Shown here one piece after another: positions 16,981 through 27,189 of a DNA stretch of 42,712 bases. The stretch is taken from sequence record PQ850615.1. The stretch is one strand, 5' to 3'. How positions within the stretch are numbered: the stretch's first letter is position 1; every line of letters starts with the position of its first letter. The notes beneath the pieces are model-generated. The model saw only the letters and a program-made list of their open reading frames with translations, had not been told where the DNA came from and did not search any database. Origin of the DNA: Escherichia phage LotteLoewe_Bas71. Both the position numbers and the translations under genes were made by a program.

Positions 16981-18380
16981 TGAGCGACTTATATTTCCCA
17001 CGTAGCCTTAAGCCGGTGGTATCGAAAGGCTACTCAATGACCAGACGCAACAACGTCTGGAGTGTAGATTTAGCCGGTGGCGGAGTGCGTCAAGGCCGTG
17101 ACACGTATTATGATGTGTTCCCGATAAGCGTAACTCTGATTACATCTGCACTAGGGCGACAGGCGTTCCTGTCGTTCCTTGAGAAAGTGGACGGCGGCGC
17201 GTCAAGTTTCTGGATGGCGCATGACTTCGGCATGGGTATTGAAGATTATCAGGTAACCATCACGTCCACCATCGCGGAGTCCACCGAAGACGGCATTAAC
17301 TGGACGATTACTTTCACGGCAACCGCCGAGAAATCCCCGTTCCAGGACCAAGAGAACCAGTGCCTGATTAACAATCTTCCAGATTTGTACGGTTGTTACG
17401 GGGATTGTCTGGGTAGTTTCCTGAAAATATACGCGAACTACGAGACGACGTTCCCTCGCATCTGGAGCAATGAAGGGCCTGCAGGATACCCGCCGATTAA
17501 CATGCTGGCATCTACGCTTGATAGCCGCATTGTTTACGATGGGCCACAGGTTTACTACATCAACCGCAACGGCAATCTTGTGCAGTCCGCCGCTAATGAA
17601 TGGCCTCTTACGTTTATTGATGGGGTTGCTGTCGGGCGTGTGCCGCCGGAAAAGGCGGCTATCAACGTGGTAGAACACTCTAACAACTTACTATCTACAT
17701 CATTTTCACGCACCAGAACAAAAACAACGGCGAGTTCTTTGACGTTATTCCAAGAAACTTACGCCGCTAAATTAACCGCAACGTCGGTATCAGGGAACCA
17801 TCATATAAACCAGGCAGAGTCCCCAGAACAAGAAACAAGATACTCTATTAGTGCTATTATAAAAGCAGATGAGTACCAGTCATCCGCGGTAGTCATCGGC
17901 AACCGAAACGCTTTAGATAATTTCCAGTATGCCTATGTTGACTTAGCCTCTGGCTATTTGATATCAGGCGACACCTCAAGGTCGTTCGTAAGCAATCTTG
18001 GTGGTGGGTGGTATCACGTTTCAATGTCCGCGGACACTAACGACTCCGGCGGATTGATTTATTCGCAGATAAACATGTTGTCGCCGTCTAACTCCCTCAC
18101 CTTCACAGGGGATGATGTCAGCGGGTTCAATGTGGCTCTAATTCAATTGGAGGCATCGCCATTTGCCACATCGCCAATAGTAACCGATGCGTCACCGGTA
18201 ACCAGACACACGGCATCGGCAAAAGTAGCAATGAACGGCGCGACAAGCATCGACATTACCTATTCCGACGGCTCTGTGGTAAACGTTCTGGCGGCAGATG
18301 ATTACGCAACCATCCCGCAGGCTGATTCCGCGTGGGGTAGCAAGTACATCACTCGTATTGATTTTAATGTGGACGGTTAA
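16980..18380 (+). CDS. minor tail / distal tail protein
   Basis: 466 aa ORF immediately after tape measure (ATGA overlap). Confidence 0.45.
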   Translation: MSDLYFPRSLKPVVSKGYSMTRRNNVWSVDLAGGGVRQGRDTYYDVFPISVTLITSALGRQAFLSFLEKVDGGASSFWMAHDFGMGIEDYQVTITSTIAESTEDGINWTITFTATAEKSPFQDQENQCLINNLPDLYGCYGDCLGSFLKIYANYETTFPRIWSNEGPAGYPPINMLASTLDSRIVYDGPQVYYINRNGNLVQSAANEWPLTFIDGVAVGRVPPEKAAINVVEHSNNLLSTSFSRTRTKTTASSLTLFQETYAAKLTATSVSGNHHINQAESPEQETRYSISAIIKADEYQSSAVVIGNRNALDNFQYAYVDLASGYLISGDTSRSFVSNLGGGWYHVSMSADTNDSGGLIYSQINMLSPSNSLTFTGDDVSGFNVALIQLEASPFATSPIVTDASPVTRHTASAKVAMNGATSIDITYSDGSVVNVLAADDYATIPQADSAWGSKYITRIDFNVDG

Positions 18381-18383
18381 TTT

Positions 18384-18899
18384 ATGAGCCAGGAATCTGT
18401 AGAAGCCGCCTATCGCCGTAAGCTGGCCTCAAATCCCGACGGCGAGATGGACTACATCACGTTGCAAATCAGCCACCCGTTGTTGTCAAAGACGTACTAT
18501 CTTGTTCGTGGGCTACAGGAACTCACGGCAACACTGGAGACAGGCGAAATTATCACGTTCGAGCCAACCCCGATGGAGGCGTCGGGGGCGGCTAACAACA
18601 GTGATATGGACCAGACGACTACGTTTACTTTACCGGATATTCTCAATCAACTTGACGATGAGATGGATAAAATCCCTATGAGTAACACCGAGTTGCCGAA
18701 GTTCGTCTTCCGTCGTTACGTCAGCACAGACCTGTCTTATCCGGCTGACGGTCCTGTCATGTATGAGTTGCAGGCCATCAACCAGGAGAAGGGCGAGTTC
18801 TCCGCGGATGTTGGTACACCTATGCTGAACCAGCGAAGCACTGGTATACTGATGACACCTAAAGAGATACCGTTATTACGCGGCCTGTTGACCACATGA
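18384..18899 (+). CDS. minor tail protein
   Basis: 171 aa ORF in the tail-tip gene block. Confidence 0.4.
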   Translation: MSQESVEAAYRRKLASNPDGEMDYITLQISHPLLSKTYYLVRGLQELTATLETGEIITFEPTPMEASGAANNSDMDQTTTFTLPDILNQLDDEMDKIPMSNTELPKFVFRRYVSTDLSYPADGPVMYELQAINQEKGEFSADVGTPMLNQRSTGILMTPKEIPLLRGLLTT

Positions 18900-19261
18900 A
18901 TATTAACGACTACACGGGCATACCTTACGACTTTCGCAAGCGCAATTGCTGGCATCACGTTCGCATTGTACGGGCCGATGCCGGGTTAGAAACCCCGGCG
19001 TTCGACGTTGCAAGCCCAACGGCGATTAACGAAGCGTTCGACGAAGGACATCGCAACACGAAGGGACTTACAAAAATTGATAAGCCTGAAAACTTCTGTG
19101 CGGTGCTTATGGGGTATCGCCGCGGCGGTCGTATCGTGTGGCACGCAGGAGTTTACTTCGACGGGATGGTGAGCCATTGCGAGCTTGCTTCCCGTCAGGT
19201 ACGGCTTGACAGGCTGGCGGATCTCAGAGACACGTACACGGAGATTGAATTTTGGCGATAA
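18896..19261 (+). CDS. tail assembly protein, NlpC/P60-like (lambda K-like)
   Basis: Conserved Cys/His (NCWHHV ... WHAGVY) and position between minor tail and tip protein genes. Confidence 0.45.
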   Translation: MNINDYTGIPYDFRKRNCWHHVRIVRADAGLETPAFDVASPTAINEAFDEGHRNTKGLTKIDKPENFCAVLMGYRRGGRIVWHAGVYFDGMVSHCELASRQVRLDRLADLRDTYTEIEFWR

Positions 19262-21819
19262 TCCTGCACTACACGCGAAACGCTGATGGCGCTTTCAACC
19301 GTACAAAACACGTCGGGATGCCGATGGAGTTTGTCGTTAACCGTATCCCGGACGGCGTTCCGGTACGCGTCTATCTTGGCGAGATTGGTGATGATACTGA
19401 TGTTACAGACGACTTCGACGCGCTCAAAGACGAGGACGCCGTGTACCACATTATTGAGGGCGCTGGCGGCGGCATTGGCGACGCCATCGGGAGTGTATTC
19501 AGTTTCATCCTTAAGCCAATCGCCAAATTGTTCGGGCTAAACACAGCGGCTAACGCTAATTATTCCGCTACCAACAATCAGGCTACGTCGCCTAACAACA
19601 GTCTCACCGACCGCTCAAACAAGCCACGACCTTATGAGCGTTCCTATGATATCTGCGGGACAGTGCAGACCATCCCCAATGACCTGATGCAGACATATAA
19701 GGTGTTTAATGCCGCGGGTGCGCTTATTGAATATGCGTACTATGACGCCGGTCGAGGGTATCTGCATATTGAGGAAGACGGTGTAACTGAGGCAGATACC
19801 CGAATCAGCGAGATAACTGGCTCGTCGGTGACGGTGTATTCTCCTTACACTTCGCCGAATAACACCAGCACACCACAATTGCATATCGGCGACCCTATAG
19901 ACCAGAAATTGTACGTTACATTTAAAAACGCCGATGCCGATGGCGCTGTTCTTCCCGCCCCTAATGATATCGCTATAGACGTGCAGGACTACACTGTCCA
20001 GCGGCAGGGAACAACCGGCGTTGTAGTAGGCGATGACGCTGGTTTCGATGAGTTTTTGGCGGTCGGGGACCTGGCATACTTCGATAACGTATATGCAGAT
20101 ACAACCCCAGGGTCTTTGGGTAATGAGGTTAACCTGGACGGGAGGTACACGGTTCTTTCGGTTAGTGAAACCACCCTTATTGTGGACGTCAGTACAAATC
20201 AATCAGTATGGAACCGGCTAGGGGCGTCTGTGTGGTTTATAGGTGAAGAGGGTAACCATCTTATAGGCCCGGCGGACACTTACGCGGCTTCTCTCTCTGA
20301 ATGGGCGTACATCACCCGCGGAACCGTCGACCGTGTTGTAGCCAATGTGGCTGCCAGCAACGGCATGTACAAATACAACGGCGACTATAACCGCGCTTCA
20401 GTGACAGTCGAACTGCAATACCAGATGGTAGATGAATTGAAACAGCCTGTAGGTGACATATTTACCGTACGAGGAACCGTAACAGGCCGGAACACGGATT
20501 ACACAGGGATTACTCTTTACGGAAGTTTACCAACTGCTTCCAGATTCCGCGCCCGTATGCGTCGTGTTTCGGACACCGATAAAGATTTTGAAGGTACTGT
20601 TAGCGACGAGGTTACTTTCACTAATCTGTATGGGCAGTCGCTGGACACAACCCCCCACTACGGCAACCGTACTACCGTACACTGCGCCCGTAAACAAACC
20701 CCACGTGCAGCCGAGGTGTCCGAACCGGAACTACGCATGATTGCAACCGAGATGTGCTACAAATACTTAGGTAACGGCGTATTCGATACGGTAATGACAC
20801 CGAACACTCAGGCCGTGCAGTCGCTAATCAGGCTGGCGCGCGACCCGGCGGTGGGTAATCTGGAGCTGACAACAGCAAACATGGACAAGTTACTTGCGGT
20901 GCAGGAAGAGATTGAGTCATATTTTGGCAGTGAATTAGCCGGGCAGTTCTGCTACACATTCGACGACTACGACACAACCATGCAAGACATCGTTCAGACC
21001 ATCGCGGAAGCCGTGTTTTGTACGGCATACCGTAAAGGTGCTGATATTATGCTGCGATTCGACCGTCCTGTTGCGGGGCCTGAGATGGTTTTCACCCACC
21101 GCAGCAAAACGACCGGTACGGAGAAATGGACGCGCACGTTCAACGATTCGACAACCTACGATAGCCTGTCGTTCTCGTACATTGACCCGGATACAAACGT
21201 ACAGGAGACGATTTATATCCCGGAAGAACTCGGCGCGAACACCGAGGAGTACGAATCGAAGGGTGTACGTAACTATCAGCAAGCGTACTGGCTGGCGTGG
21301 CGTCGCTACCAGCGCAACACGTTAAGTAAAGTTGTCGTAGAGTTCGAAGCTACCGAAGAAGGCGCTCTCGCTACCCCCGGCGGGGTAATCAGCGTGGTTA
21401 AAGGCTCTCGCATTGCGCCGCAAGATGGTTATGTTGTTGCCGTTAATGGGCTTACGCTGACGCTGTCGCAGCCGGTTATGTTCACCCCCGGCGACGACCA
21501 CTCCATCATCCTCAAGAAGCGCGATGGCTCGGTGCAGAGTATCTCCGTTATCAAAGGAAGCCACGACCGCGAAGTGATTATGCTCTCCGCACCTGAGGAG
21601 GCAATTTACACAGGGAATAGCGCGCTAAAAACTGAGTTTTCATTCGGCAACGAAGCAAGGCATAATGCTCAGAAGATAGTTGTTTCTTCAATCGACCCGG
21701 GCGACGACCGCACGGTAAAGATTACTGGATACAACTATGACGACGGATTCTATAAATACGACGGCGTCGCGCCATACGGCAGCGGTTTCTCCGACGGATT
21801 CAGCAATGGTTTTAATTAA
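19252..21819 (+). CDS. tail tip / central tail fiber protein (J-like)
   Basis: 855 aa ORF after the K-like gene; true start may be an internal ATG. Confidence 0.5.
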   Translation: MAIILHYTRNADGAFNRTKHVGMPMEFVVNRIPDGVPVRVYLGEIGDDTDVTDDFDALKDEDAVYHIIEGAGGGIGDAIGSVFSFILKPIAKLFGLNTAANANYSATNNQATSPNNSLTDRSNKPRPYERSYDICGTVQTIPNDLMQTYKVFNAAGALIEYAYYDAGRGYLHIEEDGVTEADTRISEITGSSVTVYSPYTSPNNTSTPQLHIGDPIDQKLYVTFKNADADGAVLPAPNDIAIDVQDYTVQRQGTTGVVVGDDAGFDEFLAVGDLAYFDNVYADTTPGSLGNEVNLDGRYTVLSVSETTLIVDVSTNQSVWNRLGASVWFIGEEGNHLIGPADTYAASLSEWAYITRGTVDRVVANVAASNGMYKYNGDYNRASVTVELQYQMVDELKQPVGDIFTVRGTVTGRNTDYTGITLYGSLPTASRFRARMRRVSDTDKDFEGTVSDEVTFTNLYGQSLDTTPHYGNRTTVHCARKQTPRAAEVSEPELRMIATEMCYKYLGNGVFDTVMTPNTQAVQSLIRLARDPAVGNLELTTANMDKLLAVQEEIESYFGSELAGQFCYTFDDYDTTMQDIVQTIAEAVFCTAYRKGADIMLRFDRPVAGPEMVFTHRSKTTGTEKWTRTFNDSTTYDSLSFSYIDPDTNVQETIYIPEELGANTEEYESKGVRNYQQAYWLAWRRYQRNTLSKVVVEFEATEEGALATPGGVISVVKGSRIAPQDGYVVAVNGLTLTLSQPVMFTPGDDHSIILKKRDGSVQSISVIKGSHDREVIMLSAPEEAIYTGNSALKTEFSFGNEARHNAQKIVVSSIDPGDDRTVKITGYNYDDGFYKYDGVAPYGSGFSDGFSNGFN

Positions 21820-21831
21820 AGAGGACTCTAT

Positions 21832-23763
21832 ATGTCAAGCGGATGCGGTGACGTTTTAAGCCTGGCGGATTTACAGACCGCCAAGAAGCACCAGATTTTT
21901 GAAGCCGAGGTTATCACAGGTAAATCCGGCGGAGTATCTACGGGTGCTGATATCGATTACGCGACAAATCAGGTTACAGGGCAGACTCAGAAGACGCTCC
22001 CGGCCGTGTTGCGTGACGCCGGGTTCAGACCTGCGCCATTCACATTCGAAACAGGTGGGACTTTGGGCGTTAACGACGCTGACCTGGCGGTGTTGTGGCC
22101 AGGGCCATCAGGCGACGGCAACTATTATGCATGGAAAGGTGCCCTGCCAAAAACCATCCCGGCATCTTCAACCCCGGCGTCTACGGGCGGAGTAGGCCAG
22201 ACCGCATGGGTTGCCGTTAGTGAAGCTGCATTGCGCCGTGATTTGGCCCTAAGCACTGGCGCAGGGCTAGTTGGTACGTCTTCGGGTCGCACAGTGCAAG
22301 GCGAGGTTGACCATTTCAAAATAGGGTATATGACACCCGATGATTTCGGCGCGGTGGGTGATGGTGCCACCGACGACACCACGCCTTTGCAACAGGCTAT
22401 TGACTATTGTTCAAGCAACGGTATCGCGTTAAGAATCCCCGCAAAATCTTATGTTTGGAATGGCGGTATTATAACTTCACCCATAACAATAATCGGTGAC
22501 AGACGTCCAGATTACAATTTTAGCTCCAATTCTATGTCTAACGGGTCTGTCATAATTGGCAATTTAAGATTTTCCGCAAGCCAGGTGATTATTAAGTCAC
22601 TTGGTGTGCGTAGGCCTACAGGCTCCCCCGGAGATTGTCTGGTGTTATCGACCGATAACTATGCTGGTGGGTCTTGTATTGTTCAAGATGTAGTTGCCGC
22701 GGGCCTTTCCGGTTCGGACACGTACCACAGCGTTCTTGTTGAAGGCTACGATTCCGCGCATGTATCTCAAATAACTGGCGGTTATAATCTTTTTGGCCTC
22801 GCGATTAAGTCAAGAAACGTTGTTGCCAGAGGCGTAATAACCGTAAGCTGTGATACTGGCGTTATCATTAAATCTGATAGTGAGTTCAGCACGGCAAAAA
22901 ATGTGGTGCTGGACGGGCACATTAATGTCGGTAATGGTGTTTCTAGTCAAGGTGTTTGGATTTACAGCACAACCGCACAACTTGAGCGTATTACCTGCGC
23001 AAACTTACAAAGCATCGATTCCGCTATACATATGCGGATTAAGTCCGAAAACGTAGCTAATGACGTGCAAATTGTTGGGGCAAATTATTCAGGATCTACT
23101 TATGCGGATGTTTTAGTCGAAGGCACTTCGGCGGGCACATTGTACAATGTTAGTTTAGATAGTATAACAGCAGTAGATAGCCAGAAATTTATGGCTGCAG
23201 GTTTCTGTGAACAACTGATGGTAACAGGATTCTATGGGTCCCTGAAACCTGGCGCTCCCGCCGATACTGCGTTTGAGGTTAGCGCCGCCGTAGGGCTTTT
23301 TAGCGGGTCAAATATCCAACTAGTCCGTCAACACGGCAGTGACCTAATGACAATGAATCTCGGTAACAGTTATCTTAATAATAGATTATCATCTGTTAAG
23401 GCGAAAGTAATAGGAGACGGCAAACCTAGACCGGGGTATAAAGAACAGAATCTTAGCGGCGCTGCGGCTTCAATGATTGTCGGCGACAGTTTGGGTCCCT
23501 CTGGGGTTGTGTCTGTCACCGCGTTATCCACCGGCAGTTCATTCAGCAGTATTTCTATTAATGACGACTATGGTCAGCCGGTTAAGCCAGGTTTTCTTCT
23601 AATAATCCGAAACGCATCCCCTATCCCGTTCGTTATGAACCATAATCCAGGGTCTGGTGGAATCGCAAATAACGGGGCGGTGGGTAAGACCATTGCGGGC
23701 GGAGACACTATAATGTACGTTTTTGACGGGGCGAATTGGCGTCAGACTCCATCAGTAACATAA
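21832..23763 (+). CDS. tailspike / receptor-binding protein with pectate-lyase-like beta-helix (putative polysaccharide depolymerase)
   Basis: Motif DFGAVGDGATDDTTPLQQAIDYC typical of the pectate lyase 3 fold; last gene of the tail operon, followed by a terminator. Confidence 0.6.
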   Translation: MSSGCGDVLSLADLQTAKKHQIFEAEVITGKSGGVSTGADIDYATNQVTGQTQKTLPAVLRDAGFRPAPFTFETGGTLGVNDADLAVLWPGPSGDGNYYAWKGALPKTIPASSTPASTGGVGQTAWVAVSEAALRRDLALSTGAGLVGTSSGRTVQGEVDHFKIGYMTPDDFGAVGDGATDDTTPLQQAIDYCSSNGIALRIPAKSYVWNGGIITSPITIIGDRRPDYNFSSNSMSNGSVIIGNLRFSASQVIIKSLGVRRPTGSPGDCLVLSTDNYAGGSCIVQDVVAAGLSGSDTYHSVLVEGYDSAHVSQITGGYNLFGLAIKSRNVVARGVITVSCDTGVIIKSDSEFSTAKNVVLDGHINVGNGVSSQGVWIYSTTAQLERITCANLQSIDSAIHMRIKSENVANDVQIVGANYSGSTYADVLVEGTSAGTLYNVSLDSITAVDSQKFMAAGFCEQLMVTGFYGSLKPGAPADTAFEVSAAVGLFSGSNIQLVRQHGSDLMTMNLGNSYLNNRLSSVKAKVIGDGKPRPGYKEQNLSGAAASMIVGDSLGPSGVVSVTALSTGSSFSSISINDDYGQPVKPGFLLIIRNASPIPFVMNHNPGSGGIANNGAVGKTIAGGDTIMYVFDGANWRQTPSVT

Positions 23764-23767
23764 AACT

Positions 23768-23792
23768 AAGGCCCCGTTTGGGGCCTTTTCTC
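23768..23792. terminator. bidirectional intrinsic terminator between tail and replication arms
   Basis: AAGGCCCC-GTTT-GGGGCCTT hairpin followed by TTCTC; flanked by convergent operons. Confidence 0.6.
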
Positions 23793-23929
23793 TACTCTTC
23801 CGATAACTTCTCCAGCACAAACGCCAGTTGCGCATTAGCGGCATCTCTCTGTTGCCGTAGGCGTAGAACCTCCTCTTCGAGTTCCTTGATACGTTTTTGC
23901 AATGCTGGAATCGGGGCTATGATGTTCAT
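23792..23929 (-). CDS. hypothetical 45-aa coiled-coil protein
   Basis: Small ORF ATGA-coupled to the upstream gene; terminal gene of the leftward arm before terminator 23768..23792. Confidence 0.3.
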   Translation of the reverse strand: MNIIAPIPALQKRIKELEEEVLRLRQQRDAANAQLAFVLEKLSEE

Positions 23930-24111
23930 TTCTCACCTTCGCTTTTCTTGAAGCTGCGCTTTATGTCCGGCAGCGTGTAACATCGTGACTTTTCATATTT
24001 ACCGTTCGAGCTTACTAAAACAAAGCTGTTGCCGTCTTTTGATATGTACTCGATGGTGAAAGTATTGAATGAGCGTATGCTGTATATTTCATCACCAACA
24101 TTAAGTTTCAT
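23926..24111 (-). CDS. hypothetical 61-aa protein
   Basis: ORF coupled (ATGA) to the SNF2 helicase gene. Confidence 0.4.
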   Translation of the reverse strand: MKLNVGDEIYSIRSFNTFTIEYISKDGNSFVLVSSNGKYEKSRCYTLPDIKRSFKKSEGEK

Positions 24112-25532
24112 TTCTTACCTCGTCTCTTCATGTAATTAAGCAACTCTTCCTGTACCGATTTTTTCTCGTCCGTACGCGTGGCAACAACCTCGTCCAGCGT
24201 GTCTTTAGCGACGATATGATAGAGGAACACCGGGCGCTCGTGTCCCGCCTGTTTCTGGCGGACCGGGCCTATGCGCTCAACAACCTGTAAATAGTGCTCA
24301 AGGTTCCACCCTTGCGAAATAAACGCCAGATGATGTCCGCCGTCCTGTAAATTCAAACCATGACCAGCTGACGCAGGATGCACGCATAAGATCTCAATTT
24401 CACCACGGTTCCACGCTTCCATCTGCTTATTCCCCTTAGCGCCTTTGGCAAACGCCTGCGCCTGCGGGAAACGTTTCAGGATGCGCTCCAGTTCGTGCTT
24501 GAACTGATAGGCCACCAGTAACGGTGCCCCCTGTAACTCCTCAACAATGGACTCGAGCGCATCAAGTTTCGTGTCGTGCACTTTCTCCCATTCTTTGGTT
24601 GCTTCGCCGTCTTCGCCCGTCACATACACGGCACCGGAAGCAATCTGCAAGCACTTAGCCGTTTTAGCGGCAGCGTTGGCAGCCTGCACCTCCCCACTCT
24701 CCAGTTCCGCGATTAACTTTTTCTCCATATCGATGTACGCCTGACGCGCTTTCTTCGGCAGGTCGATTTCAACCGGCACGATAACAGGCGCTTCACAACC
24801 GAACCACTCAGCAGGGTCGATAGTCAGGCTGATGTCTTTCATCTTCTGATGAATCTCATTATCCGCACCCGGTCGTGCATGATACTCGCGGGCCATAGCC
24901 GATTTACCTTTCTGTACCGAGTTAAACCAGCGGTCGGTGAATGCTGTGTACGAAGAGCCGAGGCGCTCGCCAGCGTCGATAAACCAGTTCTGACCCCACA
25001 AGTCTTTGAGGCCGTTTGGTGACGGTGTGCCTGTCAGGTTGATGAAACGCTTAACCTTTCCGAACGCAACCTTGCTGAGCGCCTTTGCCCGCTTGCTACC
25101 ACCCGAACGGCTGCGGAACGATTTAAGCTTCGTGCTTTCATCGGCAACGATAACCGTAAAAGGCCAGTCGTCTTTGCCGTAGTAGTCAATTAGCCACTCG
25201 ATAACTTCGTAGTTAGTGCACACCACGTTAGCATCTGACTCCAGCGCTGCGATGCGGCGCTTCTCCGAACCAGTTGCATCTACGACACGCAGACAAGGGA
25301 ATTGCCATTTCTCTTGTTCAGCGGGCCACGTACCGGACGCAACACGTAACGGGGCAAGGATTAACACGCGGTCCTCTTCCGTAAGCTGCCCGTTGCGGAA
25401 CAGGCGGTTGAGCACCCACATAGTGGAGGAGGTTTTACCTCCCCCCATTCCGCACCAGATATTACAGCGCGGGTGTTGCAGCATGAACGAAGTCATGAGC
25501 TTCTGGTACTCACGCCTTTGAAACTTACTCAT
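24108..25532 (-). CDS. SNF2-family ATP-dependent helicase
   Basis: Walker A GMGGGKT, DExx box (IVADESTKLKS), C-terminal helicase domain. Confidence 0.7.
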   Translation of the reverse strand: MSKFQRREYQKLMTSFMLQHPRCNIWCGMGGGKTSSTMWVLNRLFRNGQLTEEDRVLILAPLRVASGTWPAEQEKWQFPCLRVVDATGSEKRRIAALESDANVVCTNYEVIEWLIDYYGKDDWPFTVIVADESTKLKSFRSRSGGSKRAKALSKVAFGKVKRFINLTGTPSPNGLKDLWGQNWFIDAGERLGSSYTAFTDRWFNSVQKGKSAMAREYHARPGADNEIHQKMKDISLTIDPAEWFGCEAPVIVPVEIDLPKKARQAYIDMEKKLIAELESGEVQAANAAAKTAKCLQIASGAVYVTGEDGEATKEWEKVHDTKLDALESIVEELQGAPLLVAYQFKHELERILKRFPQAQAFAKGAKGNKQMEAWNRGEIEILCVHPASAGHGLNLQDGGHHLAFISQGWNLEHYLQVVERIGPVRQKQAGHERPVFLYHIVAKDTLDEVVATRTDEKKSVQEELLNYMKRRGKK

Positions 25533-26322
25533 TTACTGCCCCCATGAACGCCTTTATAAATTCAGCGGCTACTTGCGGGACGATGGCATTGCCATAACCG
25601 CGCAATCGTCCCACTCTTGCGGATACCCCATGAGTTGCCTCGCAAAATCCGCCTGGTATGACTCTAGTTTCCTTATCTGCTCCATGGTTGGGTTTCCATG
25701 AATCCCATAAACATGAAGCCACATCTGGCGATAAAGAGTATCGTTCCTGAATTTTCCGTCCTTTCTGTAAAATGTCTTGCTGAGATCCCCGTAATCCTTC
25801 CATCCTCGCGCCGTTGGTGTCGCCCATCCTCGCGCCAAAGATGATTCTTTTCCTTTCCTGTGGAGAGCCGACGCTGCAAGCTGGCAATACTGACGCCCCG
25901 CAGGCGTAGCCTTTGTCTTCCAGGTTAAGGAATACAAAATCGAGCCAGTGCTTCCCAATTGCTGCTGCAACCTGCTCTCCAAACAGCAATTCAGGCTTGC
26001 ACTCTCTGATGAGCCTGAGAAATGCTGGGGCAAGGTGTCGATCGTCGTCAAATCCGAGAGACTTACCGGCAACGCTAAACGGCTGGCAAGGTGGTGATCC
26101 TGTCCAGAGTCGAGTGCTTTCTGGTATTCCTGCCAGCTGGAGTGCAAGGGGCCACCCTCCGATTCCGGCAAAGAAGTGACACTGTGTAAATCCTTCCAGG
26201 TCTGAAGGGGTGACTTCGGTGATTGATCGTTCATCGACATATCCGTAAGGAATTAGTTTATTGTTAATTAATTCACGCAGCCACGCGGCTGCGCCTTTAT
26301 CCCATTCGTTGTAATAGTTCAT
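25525..26322 (-). CDS. DNA (cytosine-5) methyltransferase
   Basis: C5-MTase motifs I (FFAGIGGW), IV (SPPCQPFS), VI-like (LFGEQV), VIII (QERKRIIFGAR). Confidence 0.6.
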   Translation of the reverse strand: MNYYNEWDKGAAAWLRELINNKLIPYGYVDERSITEVTPSDLEGFTQCHFFAGIGGWPLALQLAGIPESTRLWTGSPPCQPFSVAGKSLGFDDDRHLAPAFLRLIRECKPELLFGEQVAAAIGKHWLDFVFLNLEDKGYACGASVLPACSVGSPQERKRIIFGARMGDTNGARMEGLRGSQQDILQKGRKIQERYSLSPDVASCLWDSWKPNHGADKETRVIPGGFCEATHGVSARVGRLRGYGNAIVPQVAAEFIKAFMGAVNE

Positions 26323-26510
26323 TTCGCCACCAGAACTAACTCTTTACGCCCGAACGCCGTAACGTTACCGGTTACGTCTTCAATAACCAGTTTACCGTTC
26401 GACTCGACGAACACCGTATCAACGGCAACAGGACGACGGGTCTTAACGTTGAAAATCATGTCGCCGGGTACGATGTCACGTGCTGGTTTGCGGTCATATT
26501 CGTGTTTCAT
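26319..26510 (-). CDS. hypothetical 63-aa protein
   Basis: ORF with AAGGAA SD, immediately downstream of promoter 26545..26573. Confidence 0.4.
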   Translation of the reverse strand: MKHEYDRKPARDIVPGDMIFNVKTRRPVAVDTVFVESNGKLVIEDVTGNVTAFGRKELVLVAK

Positions 26511-26826
26511 TTCTAAATTCCTTATATTGTTGGGGTATGTGCTTACTATAATAGTCTGCTATTAGGGTGTCAATCTGTTTTATCGAACCAACGACAAAAA
26601 CATTTGCGCCACGTTTACGTATACGCTCGTGTTCCCGTAGCTGGTGCGGGTCTGGCTTAGTGTTTTCGTCTTTCTTCACCTCGACGAACCAGACGATGCC
26701 GCCGGGTAGAATTGCCAGCAGGTCAGGAGCGCCTGAACGTCCTTCGTAGGAAAGTTTACGAACGAGGCCACCAATGGCCTCGAATCGCTCTTTTGCGTAT
26801 TTCTGGATGCGGCCCTCTTTAGTCAT
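26494..26826 (-). CDS. VRR-NUC domain nuclease
   Basis: PD-(D/E)XK-like core (GAPDLLAIL ... VWFVEVKKDEN) typical of VRR-NUC. Confidence 0.55.
   Translation of the reverse strand: MTKEGRIQKYAKERFEAIGGLVRKLSYEGRSGAPDLLAILPGGIVWFVEVKKDENTKPDPHQLREHERIRKRGANVFVVGSIKQIDTLIADYYSKHIPQQYKEFRNETRI
26545..26573 (-). promoter_or_regulatory. leftward class B promoter (TTGACA-N17-TATAGT)
   Basis: Minus strand TTGACA (26568..26573) - N17 - TATAGT (26545..26550); lies inside the 3' end of the VRR-NUC ORF. Confidence 0.5.
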
Positions 26827-26975
26827 GACCGCAGCATCCAGGTAAGGAAAACCCAGCCTAGAATGGCAACACCGGCAAACTGAAAGAACAGGCCGTAACA
26901 GAACATAGCAGCTATTCCCGCACCGAGTAACAGTGCGAGCATGGTTACTATGGTCCTAAATACAAACTTTGTCAT
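26823..26975 (-). CDS. small hydrophobic membrane protein (50 aa)
   Basis: GAGGGG SD; single predicted TM segment; below ORF-track cutoff. Confidence 0.3.
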   Translation of the reverse strand: MTKFVFRTIVTMLALLLGAGIAAMFCYGLFFQFAGVAILGWVFLTWMLRS

Positions 26976-27057
26976 AATACACACCCCTCACGTTTCGTAT
27001 GCTCAATCCCGCAGCGCGGACAGATTCGGCAGTCTTCTTCGTATAACCAGTAAATTT

Positions 27058-27189
27058 TCATTCCAGCACCCACAAATAAATTGCTACTAGCATACCCAAT
27101 ATGGCAACCATCATGCCGTATTGTCCCTCGTGACAGTAGACACCGGCGGCAAATCCCGCCAGTACCGCGATAATCAGTTTACTTGGCAT
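27058..27189 (-). CDS. small hydrophobic membrane protein (43 aa)
   Basis: Two hydrophobic segments; start overlaps DNA polymerase 3' end. Confidence 0.3.
   Translation of the reverse strand: MPSKLIIAVLAGFAAGVYCHEGQYGMMVAILGMLVAIYLWVLE

Noticed and set aside
19286-19540. Alternative-frame 84-aa ORF at the start of the J-like tail tip gene
   Set aside because: Lies within the long 855-aa reading frame; Arg/Ser/Thr-rich and without its own signals.
25569-26240. Alternative-frame 223-aa ORF within the methyltransferase gene
   Set aside because: The other frame (25525..26322) carries the ordered C5-methyltransferase motifs; this frame has no recognisable motifs.
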